A stretch of 64,000 nt of DNA from NCBI RefSeq assembly GCF_030684315.1, contig NC_081387.1, positions 1,344,497 through 1,408,496 on the forward strand. Direction: 5' to 3'. The DNA is from Stegostoma tigrinum. Lineage: Eukaryota. The notes beneath the pieces were generated by a model that was given only the letters and a program-made list of their open reading frames with translations, had not been told where the DNA came from and did not search any database. The position numbers and the translations under genes were made by a program. How positions within the stretch are numbered: position 1 is the first letter of the stretch; each line of letters begins with the position of its first letter. Of this stretch, positions 36,684 to 49,694 are shown piece by piece.

Positions 36684-36848
36684 ACTTTTCGGGCCTAGAC
36701 CCTTCATCAGAACCTCTGATGAAGGGTCTAGGCCCGAAACGTCAGCTTTTGTGCTGCTGAGATGCTGCTTGGCCTGCTGTGTTCATCCAGCTCCACACTT
36801 TGTTATCTTGGATTCTCCAGCATCTGCAGTTCCCATTATCACTTATCC
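36684..36848. mobile_element. Minimal PLE insertion with two opposed hammerhead motifs
   Basis: TSD TTGTGAAG(G/A)GAATCTG at 36668-36683 and 36849-36864. Confidence 0.8.
36716..36745 (+). ncRNA. Minimal hammerhead motif
   Basis: Intact motif. An opposed variant (GAAAAGTC) lies at 36681-36710. Confidence 0.7.
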
Positions 36849-36849
36849 T

Positions 36850-38500
36850 TGTGAAGAGAATCTGCTGCTTCTTGTTATCTCTGAGGAGTTGCGTGAAGGG
36901 TTAAGAGTAAAAAATGGCAGATGGCCAAGAAGAGCAAGGTTATGCGAAAATGTGGTGGAACAGGAACATTGGAGTCAGATAAATGTGTTGGACGTGGGCC
37001 AGTTTCAGATCCAATGTGAGCAGGCTCACCAAGAAGTATGGAGTGCAAACAGTGATGAAGGTGCAGCCAGATGGGCACAGGACAAACTAAATGCAAGATG
37101 CACAAATGTACAGGCTGCCAGTAAAGTTCTATAATAAGTAGGCAGAGAAAATAGGATCTATGTGGCTGAACACTCAAAGTGCCAGCAGGAGATTGGTAAA
37201 TAAAAATCTCATCTGTCCATACTAAAAGGAATGATGTGTGTATATGGGACTGTTCAGTTTGAGGGAGATGGTAATTGCAGACTAGATTGTGGAGAGTGAG
37301 AAGAGAAAGCCGACGATACGCTGCACATAGCGATCACTGGAGACACCCTACCTCCCTTTTGGGAGGCACTGATACGCTCAGCAGACCCAGGATCTGCTGC
37401 CTGCCCCAATGAATCCTGCAACCACTAGGTACATGGGAAGTGCGGACTTGCCTGCATAACCCTGCTTACGGTAGCGCAGTTAGTGAGAAATCGCTGAAAA
37501 GATCTTCACTGGTAAACCCACTTCCAATCTTTATGTGCTTTTTGAATACACTAGTCAGCAAAGAATTTTAAATGGGCTTATCGGTAGAGAAAAAGTAAAA
37601 TTAATGCTACTGTAGATAAGCCCTGCAATTCAGTCTGCTTTACCCACGCCTCAGAGTGAAGGGGAATGGGGAGAACGGCAGGATATGAAGGAAGCTATAT
37701 TGACTGTGATGGCTTATAACAGTAGGGGTTTAAATATGTGTAGACAAACTAAAGGGGAGCAGCTGACTACGTCTGCAGGCCGCTTGTGGATTAATGCATT
37801 TTTGGAAATGGATCATACCAGGTTAACTGGGCATGGTCTTTCTATCTGGTTAAGAACCCCAGTAACACACACTTTGGAATGGGGAAAGAAGGCGGGTGAG
37901 AATTTTGACCCTACATGATAGTAAGGTGAATGGTTCGAGGTTGGAAGAAGGAAATTGCAGACGTAGATAAAAGCAAAGGGAGTAAGGGCCGGGAAATGTT
38001 TCCTGTGAAATGTACTAATGCTGCTCCGACGTGGAGAAGTGAAAGATCTCGGACAGGTTGGGTGTAGTAATGCTGAATCACAGCTGTTAATGGAATGAGC
38101 ATATCCTGCTTCCTATGGCAGGTGGAAAGAGAAGTTACACCTTAGTCATGAGGGTTGGAGAAAATATACCGGTTATGAGATTATCACAATGATACAGTTA
38201 GATTGGAAAGAGTGAGTGTGAGAGCAGGTGCTCAGGTTGTAGAAGAGGAAAGTTTGGAAAAGAATGATACGGTTGAACTACTTGCTGACCAAGTTGCTGA
38301 GAAAATTCCTATTAACGGAAGAGTTCCAGATCAATTATTTCTGGTGGGTGGCCATACACACAACTTGTGTTGCTTCCAGAACACCTACCAGTCTCATTGG
38401 GAAACTCACATTAGCATCTCCACGTAGTAGTGAGGGTCAACCATTTCTGACAATTCAACAGTTTAAATAAATAGCTGTCTGTAAACTGTAAACAACAGCA
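36850..38500 (+). mobile_element. Possible decayed LTR-retroelement gag-like remnant
   Basis: Broken frames read ...ISPAIQSALPTPQ...MKEAILTVMAYNSRGLNMCRQTKGEQLTTSAGRLWI, resembling a capsid-like region. This is pattern recognition only. Confidence 0.35.
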
Positions 38501-38577
38501 GGACTAGTTTTCTATTATTGGGTGGCTGAATATTTTATATGAAGTGTTAGTGTTTAAAGAACTAAAATAAAGAAGGG

Positions 38578-38801
38578 ATAACAAGGCATTGAGCTGAATG
38601 AACACAGCAGGCCAAGCAACATCAGAGGAGCAGGAAAGCTGGCGTTTCGGGCCTAGACCCTTCTACGGATTTTTTTCTGAATGAGGGCATAGGCCAGAAA
38701 TGTCAGCCTTCCTGCTCCTCTGATGTTGGTTGGCCTGCTGTGTTCATCCAGCTCTGCACCTGTTATCTCAGATTCTCCAACATCTGCAGTTTCCACTATC
38801 T
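38578..38801. mobile_element. Minimal PLE hairpin insertion (older)
   Basis: Inverted pLTR ends. Degenerate TSD CTAA(AA/TT)TAAAGAAGGG at 38562-38577 and 38802-38817. Confidence 0.75.
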
Positions 38802-40159
38802 CTAATTTAAAGAAGGGTTTGTTTAATTCAAGATCGTGTCGGCTCTCTGCCTTTTGTCTGTTGTACAGGGGAAGAATCCTTCATTGAAAGATCAGAGTTC
38901 TCCTTCTCAAGCAGCAATGGGAGGACGCTGGTTCTCTATTGTTCCAAGCTCCCCAGGCAAATACTTTGAGAAAGGGCACCCTGACAGAGGGGAAGGATAT
39001 GACGGAGCTCCTGATGTTGGTCACAGACGATGCCCGTGCTCTTCCCACTGTAATAGGTGGAAATTACCATGTGTAGTAGCTGTGCTTGTTTTTCTTTTGA
39101 AGTATCTGTGTACTAAATTCATTAATGGAACTTCATATGAAGCCAAGGTGCTGAAAGACATCAATCAAACCGATTCTGCTGTGCAGCTCTTCATTATTTC
39201 ATTCCTCCTCTGGATGAATAAATTCACAACACTCAGCATTATGTCTCACCACTCAAGTATTGACTTAAGAATCAAAGATATACTTCGGAACGTGTTGGGG
39301 GGTTTGAGTTATAAGGAGAGGGTGGGACATTTTCCCCCAAAGTGCAGGAGGTTGAGGGGTGACCTTACAGACATTTATGTGGGGCATGGATAAAGTGAAG
39401 AGCAAGGGTCTTTTCCCCAGGGTAGAGGAGTTCAAAACTAAACGGTATAGGTTAAGATGAGAGGGGTAAGGTTTAAAAGGGACCTGAGGGGCAAGAGCTT
39501 TCACACAGAGGGTGGTTCCTGTGTGGAATGAACTACCTGAAGATGTGATAGATACAGGTACATGAATAAAAAAAAGGTTTAGGGGGATAACTGCAGGAAA
39601 ATGGGACGAGTTCAGTTTAAGAAGCCTGGTCAGTGCGGACCTGTTGGACCAAAGTGTCTGTTTCCATGGTTCATTTACTCACTGATTGTTGATTTGTGCC
39701 CGCTTCGTTTTGAATCCCAGTCTCATCACTATCGCTATCAATTAGCACGGGTAGTGTGGCCAAGCTGTATTTAGCAATTCTATGATTGTGTCTGACAGTG
39801 CAACTTCTGGAACCACATTCTGTGTAAAAAAAAAGTTGCCCTCATGTCCTTTTCAAATGTTTCTCCGCCCACCTTAAAAATGTGTCTCCTCCCCCCCAAC
39901 CCAGTCTTGAAATCCCCCGCCTTAGGAAAAAGACACCTTCCACTGAGTCCTTTTCTCTGCCCCTCATGATTTTAAAATAACTCTATGAGGTTACTCTTCA
40001 ATCTCCAATGCTCCAGTGAAAAAAAGACACAGTCTGTAGATTGGAGATAATGGGAACTGCAGTTGCTGGAGAATCCAAGATAACAAAGTGTGAAGCTGGA
40101 TGCACACAGCAGGCCAAGCAGCATCTCAGGAGCACAAAAGCTGACGGTTCAGGCCTAGA

Positions 40160-40945
40160 CTGGTAGATTGGTTAGCAACGATAAATCACTCAGAATACAG
40201 GGAGACTCAGCCTTTTGAATACAGAACTGACTCAAATGTAGGAGATAGAAGGTGGTCGTGGAGCATTGCTTTTCAGACCAGAAACCTGTGACCAGCTGTG
40301 TGCCACAAGGATCACTGCTGGGTACACTGCGTTTTGACATTTATATAAATAATTTGGATGTGAACATCGGAGGTAGGTTAGTAAGTTTACAGATGACACC
40401 AAATTTGGAGCGGTAGTGGACCACGAAGAAGGTTACCTCAGAGAACATTGCAGCATTGATCAGATTAGCAGGTGGGCTGAGGAGTGGCAGATGGAGTTTA
40501 ATTTAGATAAATATGAGGTGCTGCATTTTGGAAAGGCAAACCAGGGCAGGACTTATACACTTAATAGTAAGGTCCTAGGGAGTGATGCAGCACAAAGAGC
40601 CTAGGAGCGCAAGTTCATAATTCCAGAAAAGTAGAGTTGCAAGTAGATAGGATAGTGAAGATGTTTGGTACGCTTGCCTTTATTGGTCAGTGCATTGAGT
40701 GTAGGAGTTAGGAGGCTAAGTTGCGGCTATACAGGACATCAGTGGAGAGGCCACTTTTGGAATACTGCGGTCATTTCTGGTCTCCCTGCCATAGCAAGAT
40801 TGTTATGAAACTAGAAAGGGTTCAGAAAAGATTGACAAGGTTGTTGTCAAGTTTGGGCAGTTTGAGCTTTCGGAACAGGCTGAATAGGCTGGTGCTATTT
40901 TCCCTAGAGGTCAGAGGCTGAGGGGTGACCTTAAAGAAGTTACAC
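40160..40945 (+). mobile_element. CR1 LINE fragment
   Basis: ORF 40416..40604 has WAEEWQMEFNLDKYEVLHFG; ORF 40721..40921 continues it. Confidence 0.85.
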
Positions 40946-41069
40946 TCATACCTGGCTTGTCGGAAGATGATTGAGGTCGTCGGGAATGGGTCCCATGGGA
41001 TTGCTTGTCTTGCTGTTTAATGACAGCCTGCTTTATCCCTTGTATTGGTCTTAGATAAACAGACCCCTG

Positions 41070-44000
41070 TGTTAGGTTTGTTTCTCAGAGGCCCGCAGGG
41101 ACCCACTGCAAGAGTAAGATGCTGACCTGGTTACAAAAACACAATCCTTTATTATTAAGCAAGTACAAGCTGCCGAGGATTGCTGTTTGCAACCCGGCAC
41201 AGAATGTTGAGTATTGTGACCGATTCTCCCCAAACAGGGGACAGTCCCCGCTTTTATACCCTTGGAATTGGCGGATACATAAAACAATTACTACATCTGA
41301 GAACAGGATACAGCTTTGATTGTCACGAAGTGTATGATAACGACAGGCTGGGATTTCAAGTGGTGACAACTGCCTGGCTTGATCAAAGGTCATTGACCTG
41401 GCCATTTCAGCAGAAACGGAGGCAGGCAGCAGTGTAGGTAGAGCCATAATGATTACAGAGCTTAATGGCATTTGTTTTTATAAATGTGTCACACCCCTAC
41501 AGATTTTTCACACCCAATTCTATTCGGGCAGGAAGTTGGGACAGTGTTCACATACCCCTGTATGAGGACCATAAAAATTCATGCGATGTTAATCCATTAA
41601 CGTCTCATTCCCTCCTTTTATCTTTCCATGATAACCTATATTGGGGCCGAGAAGGGAGCTACTAGTCTATCGGTAATAATTGTGCAACAAGAGTTCAGGC
41701 ATATCAGGAACACGCAGCAAACAATTATGACAATCAATAAGACAACCAGCCAATACCCCATTTCTACATGCGTGCCATTACAACTCCCACTAGTCCACTG
41801 TATGCCTGAAGTCACAATGATTCCAAACAGGGCCAGTTCAATAGCCCTCCTTTAGTCATACAAGTTCATTTTACACACTGACGGGGCCAGGAAGCATCGT
41901 GGGGATGATTGGTGATGTTTACTAAAGCATATACACAACCAGTCCCAGTACCATTAAAACAAACTGGATAGCTGGTAGGATCTGAACAATTGGCCCCTTC
42001 CTTCTCAGACTTAGGTTTAGTACCTGTACAATTGGAGGGGCCATTAACTATTAATTTCACACATCGACCCTGCACACCCCTCCCTCAAGTTCCTCCCTCC
42101 CCTTGGCAAGGCTCACCAGAATAATCTACTTCATAGAGTCGGTGAGGGTTCCATCCTGGGGTTGCTACAAATAAAGCCTCTACAGATTGTGCTAGTGGAT
42201 AACACGCTGTTCGATTATCATGCTTTTGGATATGTGTCTTATAAAACAAAATGTCCTCCAGGCCTAATACCACGAAGTCGGCCATGATACCGCAGAGTGT
42301 AAACTTTTGGCCACCTGAGGGCCTTATTGTTTACAGTCACTCAGATGGATCCAGTGACTCTGTCGTTGGCGTCTGAAGGAATATTTGGGGGTCCTTTCCA
42401 CCTGGGCCTGAGCTTGGAGCGATCCCAGCCTTTGGTCAGCACAAGGTCTCCCGTTTGCAACCTGGGGGGTTCATTCTGGTCTTCTGAACTCCTCTCCGTC
42501 ACTTGTGATGGTGGTCCAAAGGCGTGCTTTACCTGTGACTGGAGAAACTTTGGAGACGATGTTAGTTGCCGAAAGTATCTTTGCGTTCCCTCTCCCATAA
42601 TATTTAAGTCTACGTGGGCAGGTGGGTCTGTGACGGCATCCCAAGGGATCCCATTGGGTTGGCCATAAATTATTTCTGCAGGCCGACAATCCAGTGGTCG
42701 AGCGTGGGGTAATTCTCATATGATACAAGGCTAAAGGCAAGACCTTCAACCAGCTGAGGCTCATTAAATTAGTTATGCTGGTTTTAGGAATCCCGTTCGG
42801 CTTTTCCAGTATCCCTGCCACCTGGGGGTGGTAGGCACAATGGAATTACTGCTGGATGTGTAACGCATCACACAATTCCTTATTCATCTTTCCTACAAAG
42901 TAGGGGCCATTAACTAATCTGTCAAGGCGCTCCAAATGATCTCTGTCATTAGTAATTTTACCACCGTTGAGGTTTTATTATTAGTGGTTGGAAAGGCTTC
43001 AATCCACCTACTGAATGCATCAACAATCACAAGACAATACTGATAGCAATGTACATGTGATAATTCAATAAAATCTAGCTGAATACGTTCAAACGGTCCA
43101 CCTAGTAAGGGTGTTCTTCCTGGTGAGCATCTCACCCCCTGACCCACATTGTTTTGCTGGCATGTCAAACATGATGCTGTACGAGACTGGGCTGCCTCTC
43201 CACTCATTCCCTCCTTGCCAAGGTGGGTATCAGAATGAAGACAATCAATGAGCAAAGGCAACAAAGCATCAGGTATACACACTTGGCCAATTGGAGTAAC
43301 CCAAAGGCCTGACGATGCAGAATGCAAACATCCATGCACCTTCCAAATGTCCTTTTCAGAGGCAGGGCGTCCCCCTGCCAGCGCTGAACAGTGGCTAGAT
43401 CTGGCATGCCTGTTGTGTTTGAAGCAGGCGAGCAATTTATCGCCTGCTTGTTCATACAGGGCACAATGAAAGTTTGATCTGCAGCAGCCCGTTTGGCTGC
43501 CTGATCAGCCCGAGCGTTGCCCTAAGTAACTACAGAGTCATCGGAGGCACGGGCAGTGCATTTGATGATAGCTAATTGTTTTGGGAGAAGGATTGCCTGG
43601 AGAAGGTTTTGGACATACTAAGAATTCTGGATGGGCGAGCCCGGTGGGGCAGAGGGGTGCTTTCTCCAGTCCTTCTCGCTATGCTCATCTATGTCATTAC
43701 TTTGGAACAACATCGGCAAGCCAGATATGTCAGAAGGTACCTCCGATTTTACTTTTCCATCAATTCGGCCTGTCGCGCTAATCCCTGTTCTGTTTCATCT
43801 TTCCCTTTCCAGCCTTTCTTGGTTAACCCTTTCCCTTCCATTCATTTCATGATCCTCACACTGCAGCTTGAAAATCTCCCAGGTTTTTGGTTTCCCCTGT
43901 CTATCACAGGCTCTAATCCCTCTCCGACGTGCATTATTCTCCCAGCTGGCCTGTTTAGATTTATTCATTATTTCCTCAGCAGTCTTTCTCCACGTGGATA

Positions 44001-45399
44001 TTAAAAGTTTTCCATTTGTCCCTGTATTACGTTTACAAATTGCCTCTTCGGCTTTTATGGATTTATCTACATCCCATGTTCCCCCTATGGGCAAATTTCA
44101 TTTCCCAATTTCTTATTTAGCTATGCCGACAGACGTCTGAACTGTTCTTCATTTTCGGGGTCATCCTGACATAGCCGATGCAAAGGGGTTCCGGACCCAA
44201 CTTGTCCAACATCAGTCCCATTTTAACGATTCAACTTCTTACTTATCTCCAAATACTAGTCCCGTGTCCGTGGTCTCCACACTCACTTCAGGGTCCTGAC
44301 CTTCGCGGGGGGATTTCCCTCTTAACAACTGGTCTAAGGCAGGGTAGTTGAGACAGATACTGTAATTATCCTTTACCTAAGGTACTACGTTCCAGGGACC
44401 TGAACCCCAGTATTGGAGGACTCTAACCTCCGAATTCCCAGTACTTACAGTAGGGAGGACTCTAACCTCCGAATTCCCGGTACTTACAGTAGGGAGGACT
44501 CTAACCTCCGAATTCCAGGGCGACTCTAACCTCCCTGCTGAAATAGTTTGTCAATCTGTACTGACCTGGGGACTCGAACCCCAGTCACCAGGGGACTCTA
44601 ACCTCCCAGAATTAGTTTATCATAGCCCTGGGGACTCCAACCTCCAGGCATAGGATCAGTGTACAAGATAGTGAGTCGTCTCAGGGTTCCGTCAGTACAG
44701 AGCCACGTAGGGACGAGGGGTCCCATGGACAGTAGATTAGTGAGAGAGACCAAGGTGAATCGTACCTTGTGGTCCCGTCTGTCTCACGTCACTGACACTC
44801 GAACGATCACTTACTCAGTCCTCCATGTAAAGCTGCTGTACATGTTGGAACCCTGCTCGCTGCACAAAATGTTAGGTTCATTTTTTCAGAGGCTCTCAAG
44901 GACTTGATCAAGAGCAAGACACTGACCTGGTTACAAAAACACAATCCTTTATTATTAAGCAAGTACAAGCTGCGCAGGATCGCTGTCCGCATCCCAGCAC
45001 AATGCTGAGTATCGTGAGCGATTCTCCCCAAACAGGGGACAGTCCCTGTTTTTATACCCTTGGAATTGGCAGATACATAAAACACTCACTACATCTGAGA
45101 ACAGGATACAACTTTGATCATCACGAAGTGTATGGTAGAGTGCGATTTCAAGTGGTGACAACTGCCTGGCTTGATCAAAGGTCACTGACCTGGCCACCTC
45201 AGCAGGAACAGGGGCAGGCAGCAGTGTAGGTAGAGCCATAAACATTACAGAGCTTAATGCCATTTGTTTTTACAAATGTTTCACACCCCTGCAGATGTTT
45301 CACACCCAATCCTATTTGGGCAGGAAGTTGAGACAGTGTTCACATACCCCTGTGTGAGGAGTATAAAAGTTCATGGGATGTTAACCCATTAACATCTCA
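41070..45399 (-). mobile_element. Internally deleted endogenous retrovirus (class I, gamma/epsilon-like)
   Basis: LTRs 44870-45399 and 41070-41607 with TG...CA ends. 4-bp TSD CCTG (41066-41069, 45400-45403), PPT at 41608-41619, PBS at 44848-44867. Integrase remnants (CLTCQQNN...IQLDFIEL...LVIVDAFSRWIEAFPT), RNase H tail (GNARADQAAK), and env/TM-like remnants. Confidence 0.92.
42340..43580 (-). pseudogene. ERV pol remnant (RNase H C-terminus + integrase), disrupted
   Basis: ORFs 42914..43435, 42471..42821 and 42341..42598 carry zinc-finger, core (WLKVLPLALYHMRITP) and C-terminal (LRPRWKGP) integrase motifs, split by frameshifts and stops. Confidence 0.9.
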
Positions 45400-47599
45400 C
45401 CTGGAAATGATTTTAATGCTGTCTGTGGGATTTTCTGTGGGTCACATAACTGTGGTGTTTCATAATTTTGCAACATTGGATGTGCTTCAAGAATTAATTC
45501 ATAATTCTGAACCCTTCCAAGTTGCCATATATTCAAAAAACAAAGTAGTTTAAGAGTTTTGATTGCTCTTGGATTTTGCTGAGAAACTGTTTGTGCGAAA
45601 GACAGAGGGAGCCGAGATTTCTTTCTGAGCAATTTTGTTTAAAATTACTCTGAGTTTATTTTGAATCAAATTTTTTTCTCCCCCTCTCTAACTCTCTCAC
45701 TTTCTCTCTTGCCATTGGATGTGCATTTTTCAAACTGTGGTGGGATGAGGAACACATCACCAAGAAAGAATGGACTGCAGCCTAATGCTGGCTTTGTACC
45801 AGGATGGCTTTGCAGATGAGTTTTGTCTGCTTGTTATCCCATGCATTAATAGCCTGGGAGCCACTTCTTTGTTATTTCATGTTAGCTATTGTCAGTGAGA
45901 TTCTGTATCATTGTATTTATTTCAAGATTCAAGTTGGGATATAGATTCTGACGAGAAACATTTTAACTGCCAGTGTCTTACAAGGCAGACCACCCAAGCA
46001 GGACATTGAACAATTCCTCAATGTGACAAAATTACTGAGGAAGACCTGGGAGATACTGAGATGAACATCGTTGGGATGTAAATTAAATAGTTACAAATAA
46101 TGTTGTTTGTTTTCAAAAAAAGAGATGTTTTTGTGGATTACTGAGTTGTAGAAACACATTTTTCACCAATTGTACCAAAGTTATTATTTCTATTAAGAGG
46201 AGTGGTGATGGCCTAGTGGTATTATCACAAGACTGTTAATATAGAGGCCTTCATAATAGTCCTGGGATATGAGCTTGGATTCCACGGCAGATAGTGGAAT
46301 AGAATTTACTACAAAAACACCTGGAACTGGGTGTGGATGACACCATTGATAGGTTAAAATAAAGTAAAGTAATCTGTTTCAAGCTAATCTTCTGTCCTTA
46401 CCTGTAAATGACTTGTTGCAGATGAATATAGGAGACAGTTGATAACAGATACGTGAGAACAGACAGCCAGAAGTTTGTGGCAAGCATTAAAAAGAAAAGT
46501 AGGATCTCACAATAACAGAGACAAACAAGAAGGTTGGGATTATGTCTTGTTAAAATGTAAGAGATCAGACAAGTTCATTGAGTGTGAAAGTGTTTTAGTC
46601 TTATCAATGAAAAGGATGTTGTCTTAATAGATAAAAGTTAGTCAGAGTTGGGGCAGTCAATTTAATCTCAAAAGACAGTAAGTGACTTGAATGATTTATA
46701 ATGCAGCAGCAAGGTGGAATGGTAGTGCCTAACTGAGCCTCCAAGGTCAGATGGGACAGAAACTGCTCACAACTGAGTAGCTGAAGAATACTAACAGTAG
46801 GTATAACTATAAAATTTAACTTACAACTAACTTTATAGTAGAACCAGTATTATGAATCTTATAGCAATTAGTAGGAAGTAAACTCCTTCGTATCCTTTCA
46901 TTCTCCTGTGATTAGGAGAGTGGGAAATATAAGATGAGTCATAGAATTTGATGCACATGCAATGAATACAATGACTCATAGAATTCGAGCAGCTCTTAGA
47001 GATAAGGAAGCCTGGAAAATGCCTGAAAACGAATATAGGCATTAACCTGGGAATGTACATTAATGGGACACATTGTAAAATCCCAAGGCCTAATGATTAC
47101 ACTATTTGGTAAACGTCATGAGATCTGGGAAACCTAGGGCTGTCCACAGCACTGTCCATCATTGACCACATGTTTCACAGGTTTGGATGCATAGATTAAG
47201 GGGGAAGAAGCGACGACAATGTTGCATGCCATTATTGCAATGCAAAATATATAAAAATACTATGTCCCATTGGGGAATTCAGAGCATTTTTGGCCTCTTC
47301 TCTGACCTGGATAAAATGAACAGGAAGGGCTTAATAGGATATGGCCCAAATGTTAGCAAGTTAGACTAGATCATTTTAGGATATTGGATCAGCATGGATG
47401 GAACTCTACCGGTTTCCACTCGGTAGAGCTCAATGACTCTGACTGAAGCCTTGAGAATAATCATGTCTTTCAAAACAAAATCACATTCATGAGCATTTCC
47501 CACATTGCAACAATTGTTGATTTGCAAAGATTAGCTCATTCTGATCATGGATTTCTTTACTGATTTCCACATCCCTCTAATTTGTCTTTCATTTGCTTC

Positions 47600-49110
47600 T
47601 GAGATATGTGCATTTATTGCCTGTCTTTTGAAAAGGTGATGATGAGCTGCCTTCTTCAGTAGCTACAGTCCACATGCTGTTGGTTGACTCACAATACCGT
47701 TAGGGAGCGGGTTTTGACTCAGCAACAGTCGGTGGTGGAGGGAGTAGATGCTGATAGATTTGGAAACGGTCAGACAAGCTGCTTTGTCCTGGATGGTGGT
47801 CGAGCTCATTAGTGTTGGAGCTGCACCCATCCAGGAGTATTTCATCACACTCCGGAGGTGTGCCTTGTCGGTGCTGGGCAGGTTTTGGAGAGTCAGGAAG
47901 CGAGTTATTTGCTGCAGGATTCCTACCCTCTGACAACAATGGTGTTTGTTTTGGTCAATGCAATTGAGTTTCTGTTCAGTTGTTACCCCAAGTATGTAGA
48001 TAGTGGGGATTTAGTGATGGTAACTCTATTGAATCTGAAGGTTAGAGATAACAAGGTTGGAGCTGGATGAACACAGCAGGCCAAGCAGCACCTTAGGAGC
48101 ACAAAAGCTGACGTTTCGGGCCTGGACCCTTCATCACTTTGTTATATCAGATTCTCCAGCATCTGCAGTTCCTATGATATCTGAATCTGAAGGTTGTTAG
48201 ATTCTCTCTTATTGAAGATGGTCATTGATTGGCATTTGAGTCATGCAAATGTTAGTTGCCTTTTGTCAGATCAAGCCTGGGCATTGTTCAAGTCTTGTTG
48301 TATTCAAACATGGACTGCTTCAGTAGCCGAGGAGGCACCAATCAGGCCGCATGCTGTACAATCATCAGTGAATGTTCTTGTTTCTAACCTTATGATAGAG
48401 ATAAGGTCATTGGTGAAGCAGATGAAAATGGTTGGATCTTTGACACCATCCTGAGGAACTCCTGCAGAGAAGTCCAGGAGCTCAGATGACTGACCTCCAA
48501 CAATCACTGACCGTCTTCCTGTGTTTCAGGTATAACTGCAGCAACCACAGGACAGTTTGCCCCATGATAGCCATTGACTGCAGTTTCTTCATGCCACATC
48601 AAGTCAAATGCAGCCCTGATGTCAAGGGCTGTCACTGTCGCCTCACCTCTGGAGTTAAACTGTTTTGCCCAAGTTTGAACCAAGGAGGTAATGAGATCAG
48701 GAGCTGAGCGGCCCTGGTGGAACTCAAACTGGGCGTCACTGAGCAGGTTATTTCTGAGCAGCTGCTGCTTGATAGCACTGTTATCTACACCTTCCATTAC
48801 TTTACTGATGATCGAGAGGACACTGATAGAATGGTAATTGGCTAGGTTGGATTTTTCCTCCTTTTAATGCACAGGACATATCTGGGCAATTTTCCACGTT
48901 GCTGGGTAGATGCCAGTGTTGCTGCTGCACTGGGACAGCTTGGTTAAGGGAGCAGCAAGTTCTGGAGCACGGTGCAATTGCCAGAATGTATTCAGGGCCC
49001 ATAGAGTTTGAGGTATTCGGTGCCTGTAACTAGTTCTTGGATTAGTTGGGGTGAATTGAATTGGCTGAAGAGTGGCATCTGTGATATTGGGGACCACTGG
49101 AGAGGCTCTT
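47600..49110 (-). mobile_element. Non-CR1 LINE RT fragment (L2/Jockey-like clade)
   Basis: ORF 48864..49097 has GIYPATWKIAQICPVH; 48504..48797 has ALDIRAAFDLMWH; 48304..48507 has AGVPQD...TDDCT. Related decayed copies at ~51930-52640, ~56640-58270 and ~61710-62345. Confidence 0.85.
48044..48181. mobile_element. Minimal PLE insertion
   Basis: TSD TGAATCTGAAGGTT at 48030-48043 and 48182-48195, inside a LINE. Confidence 0.8.
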
Positions 49111-49664
49111 TGCCTTTCTCTCTCTCTCTCTGCCCCTCTATCTCTCTTTCTCCCTCGCTCTGTTTATATCAGTGTGTCACTGCCCCTCAATTGTTATTGT
49201 TCTCTCGCACTGTGTCTTTCTGTCATTCTAGCTTTCTCACCTTGTGCTAACTTCTGTATCTCTTTTTCTCTTTCTTCCGCATGCTCCATTCCCATTCAGT
49301 TCTCTATATCTTCCAAAAATTGTGTCTTAGTTGCCTCTTCTCCAAGGAATAGTACATTTCCATCAGTCATTTGGTTAAATGATTCCTGTTGGGCCGTGGC
49401 CCAGTTATTCTCAAACAATTTGCAGCTTTTGCTATGTTAACCAGCCCTTAAATATTGACACACAACATGAGAATCTGCAATGTTTGAGAGACTGGCCTCA
49501 GTAAAGTGTGAAATATAATTCCTAATTGCGGTTTTTTACTATGTGTTTGTTATATTTCCAACATGGATGATAAGTGTAGGCCAGTATCATGGGTTTGATA
49601 GTGACTTCAGCGTAAAGGTGAACCTCTCCCTATTTATTTCAGAACCCTCACCCCATCCCCCTCT

Positions 49665-49694
49665 CTGATGAAGGGTCTAGGCCCGAAACGTCAG
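49665..49694 (+). ncRNA. Minimal hammerhead motif in PLE fragment 49620-49755
   Basis: CTGATGAAGGGTCTAGGCCCGAAACGTCAG. Confidence 0.7.

Noticed and set aside
38836-39393. 185-aa ORF and coding-like sequence
   Set aside because: No recognisable domain or splice structure, and the C-terminus runs into CR1. A BLASTx would be needed to exclude a processed-pseudogene fragment.
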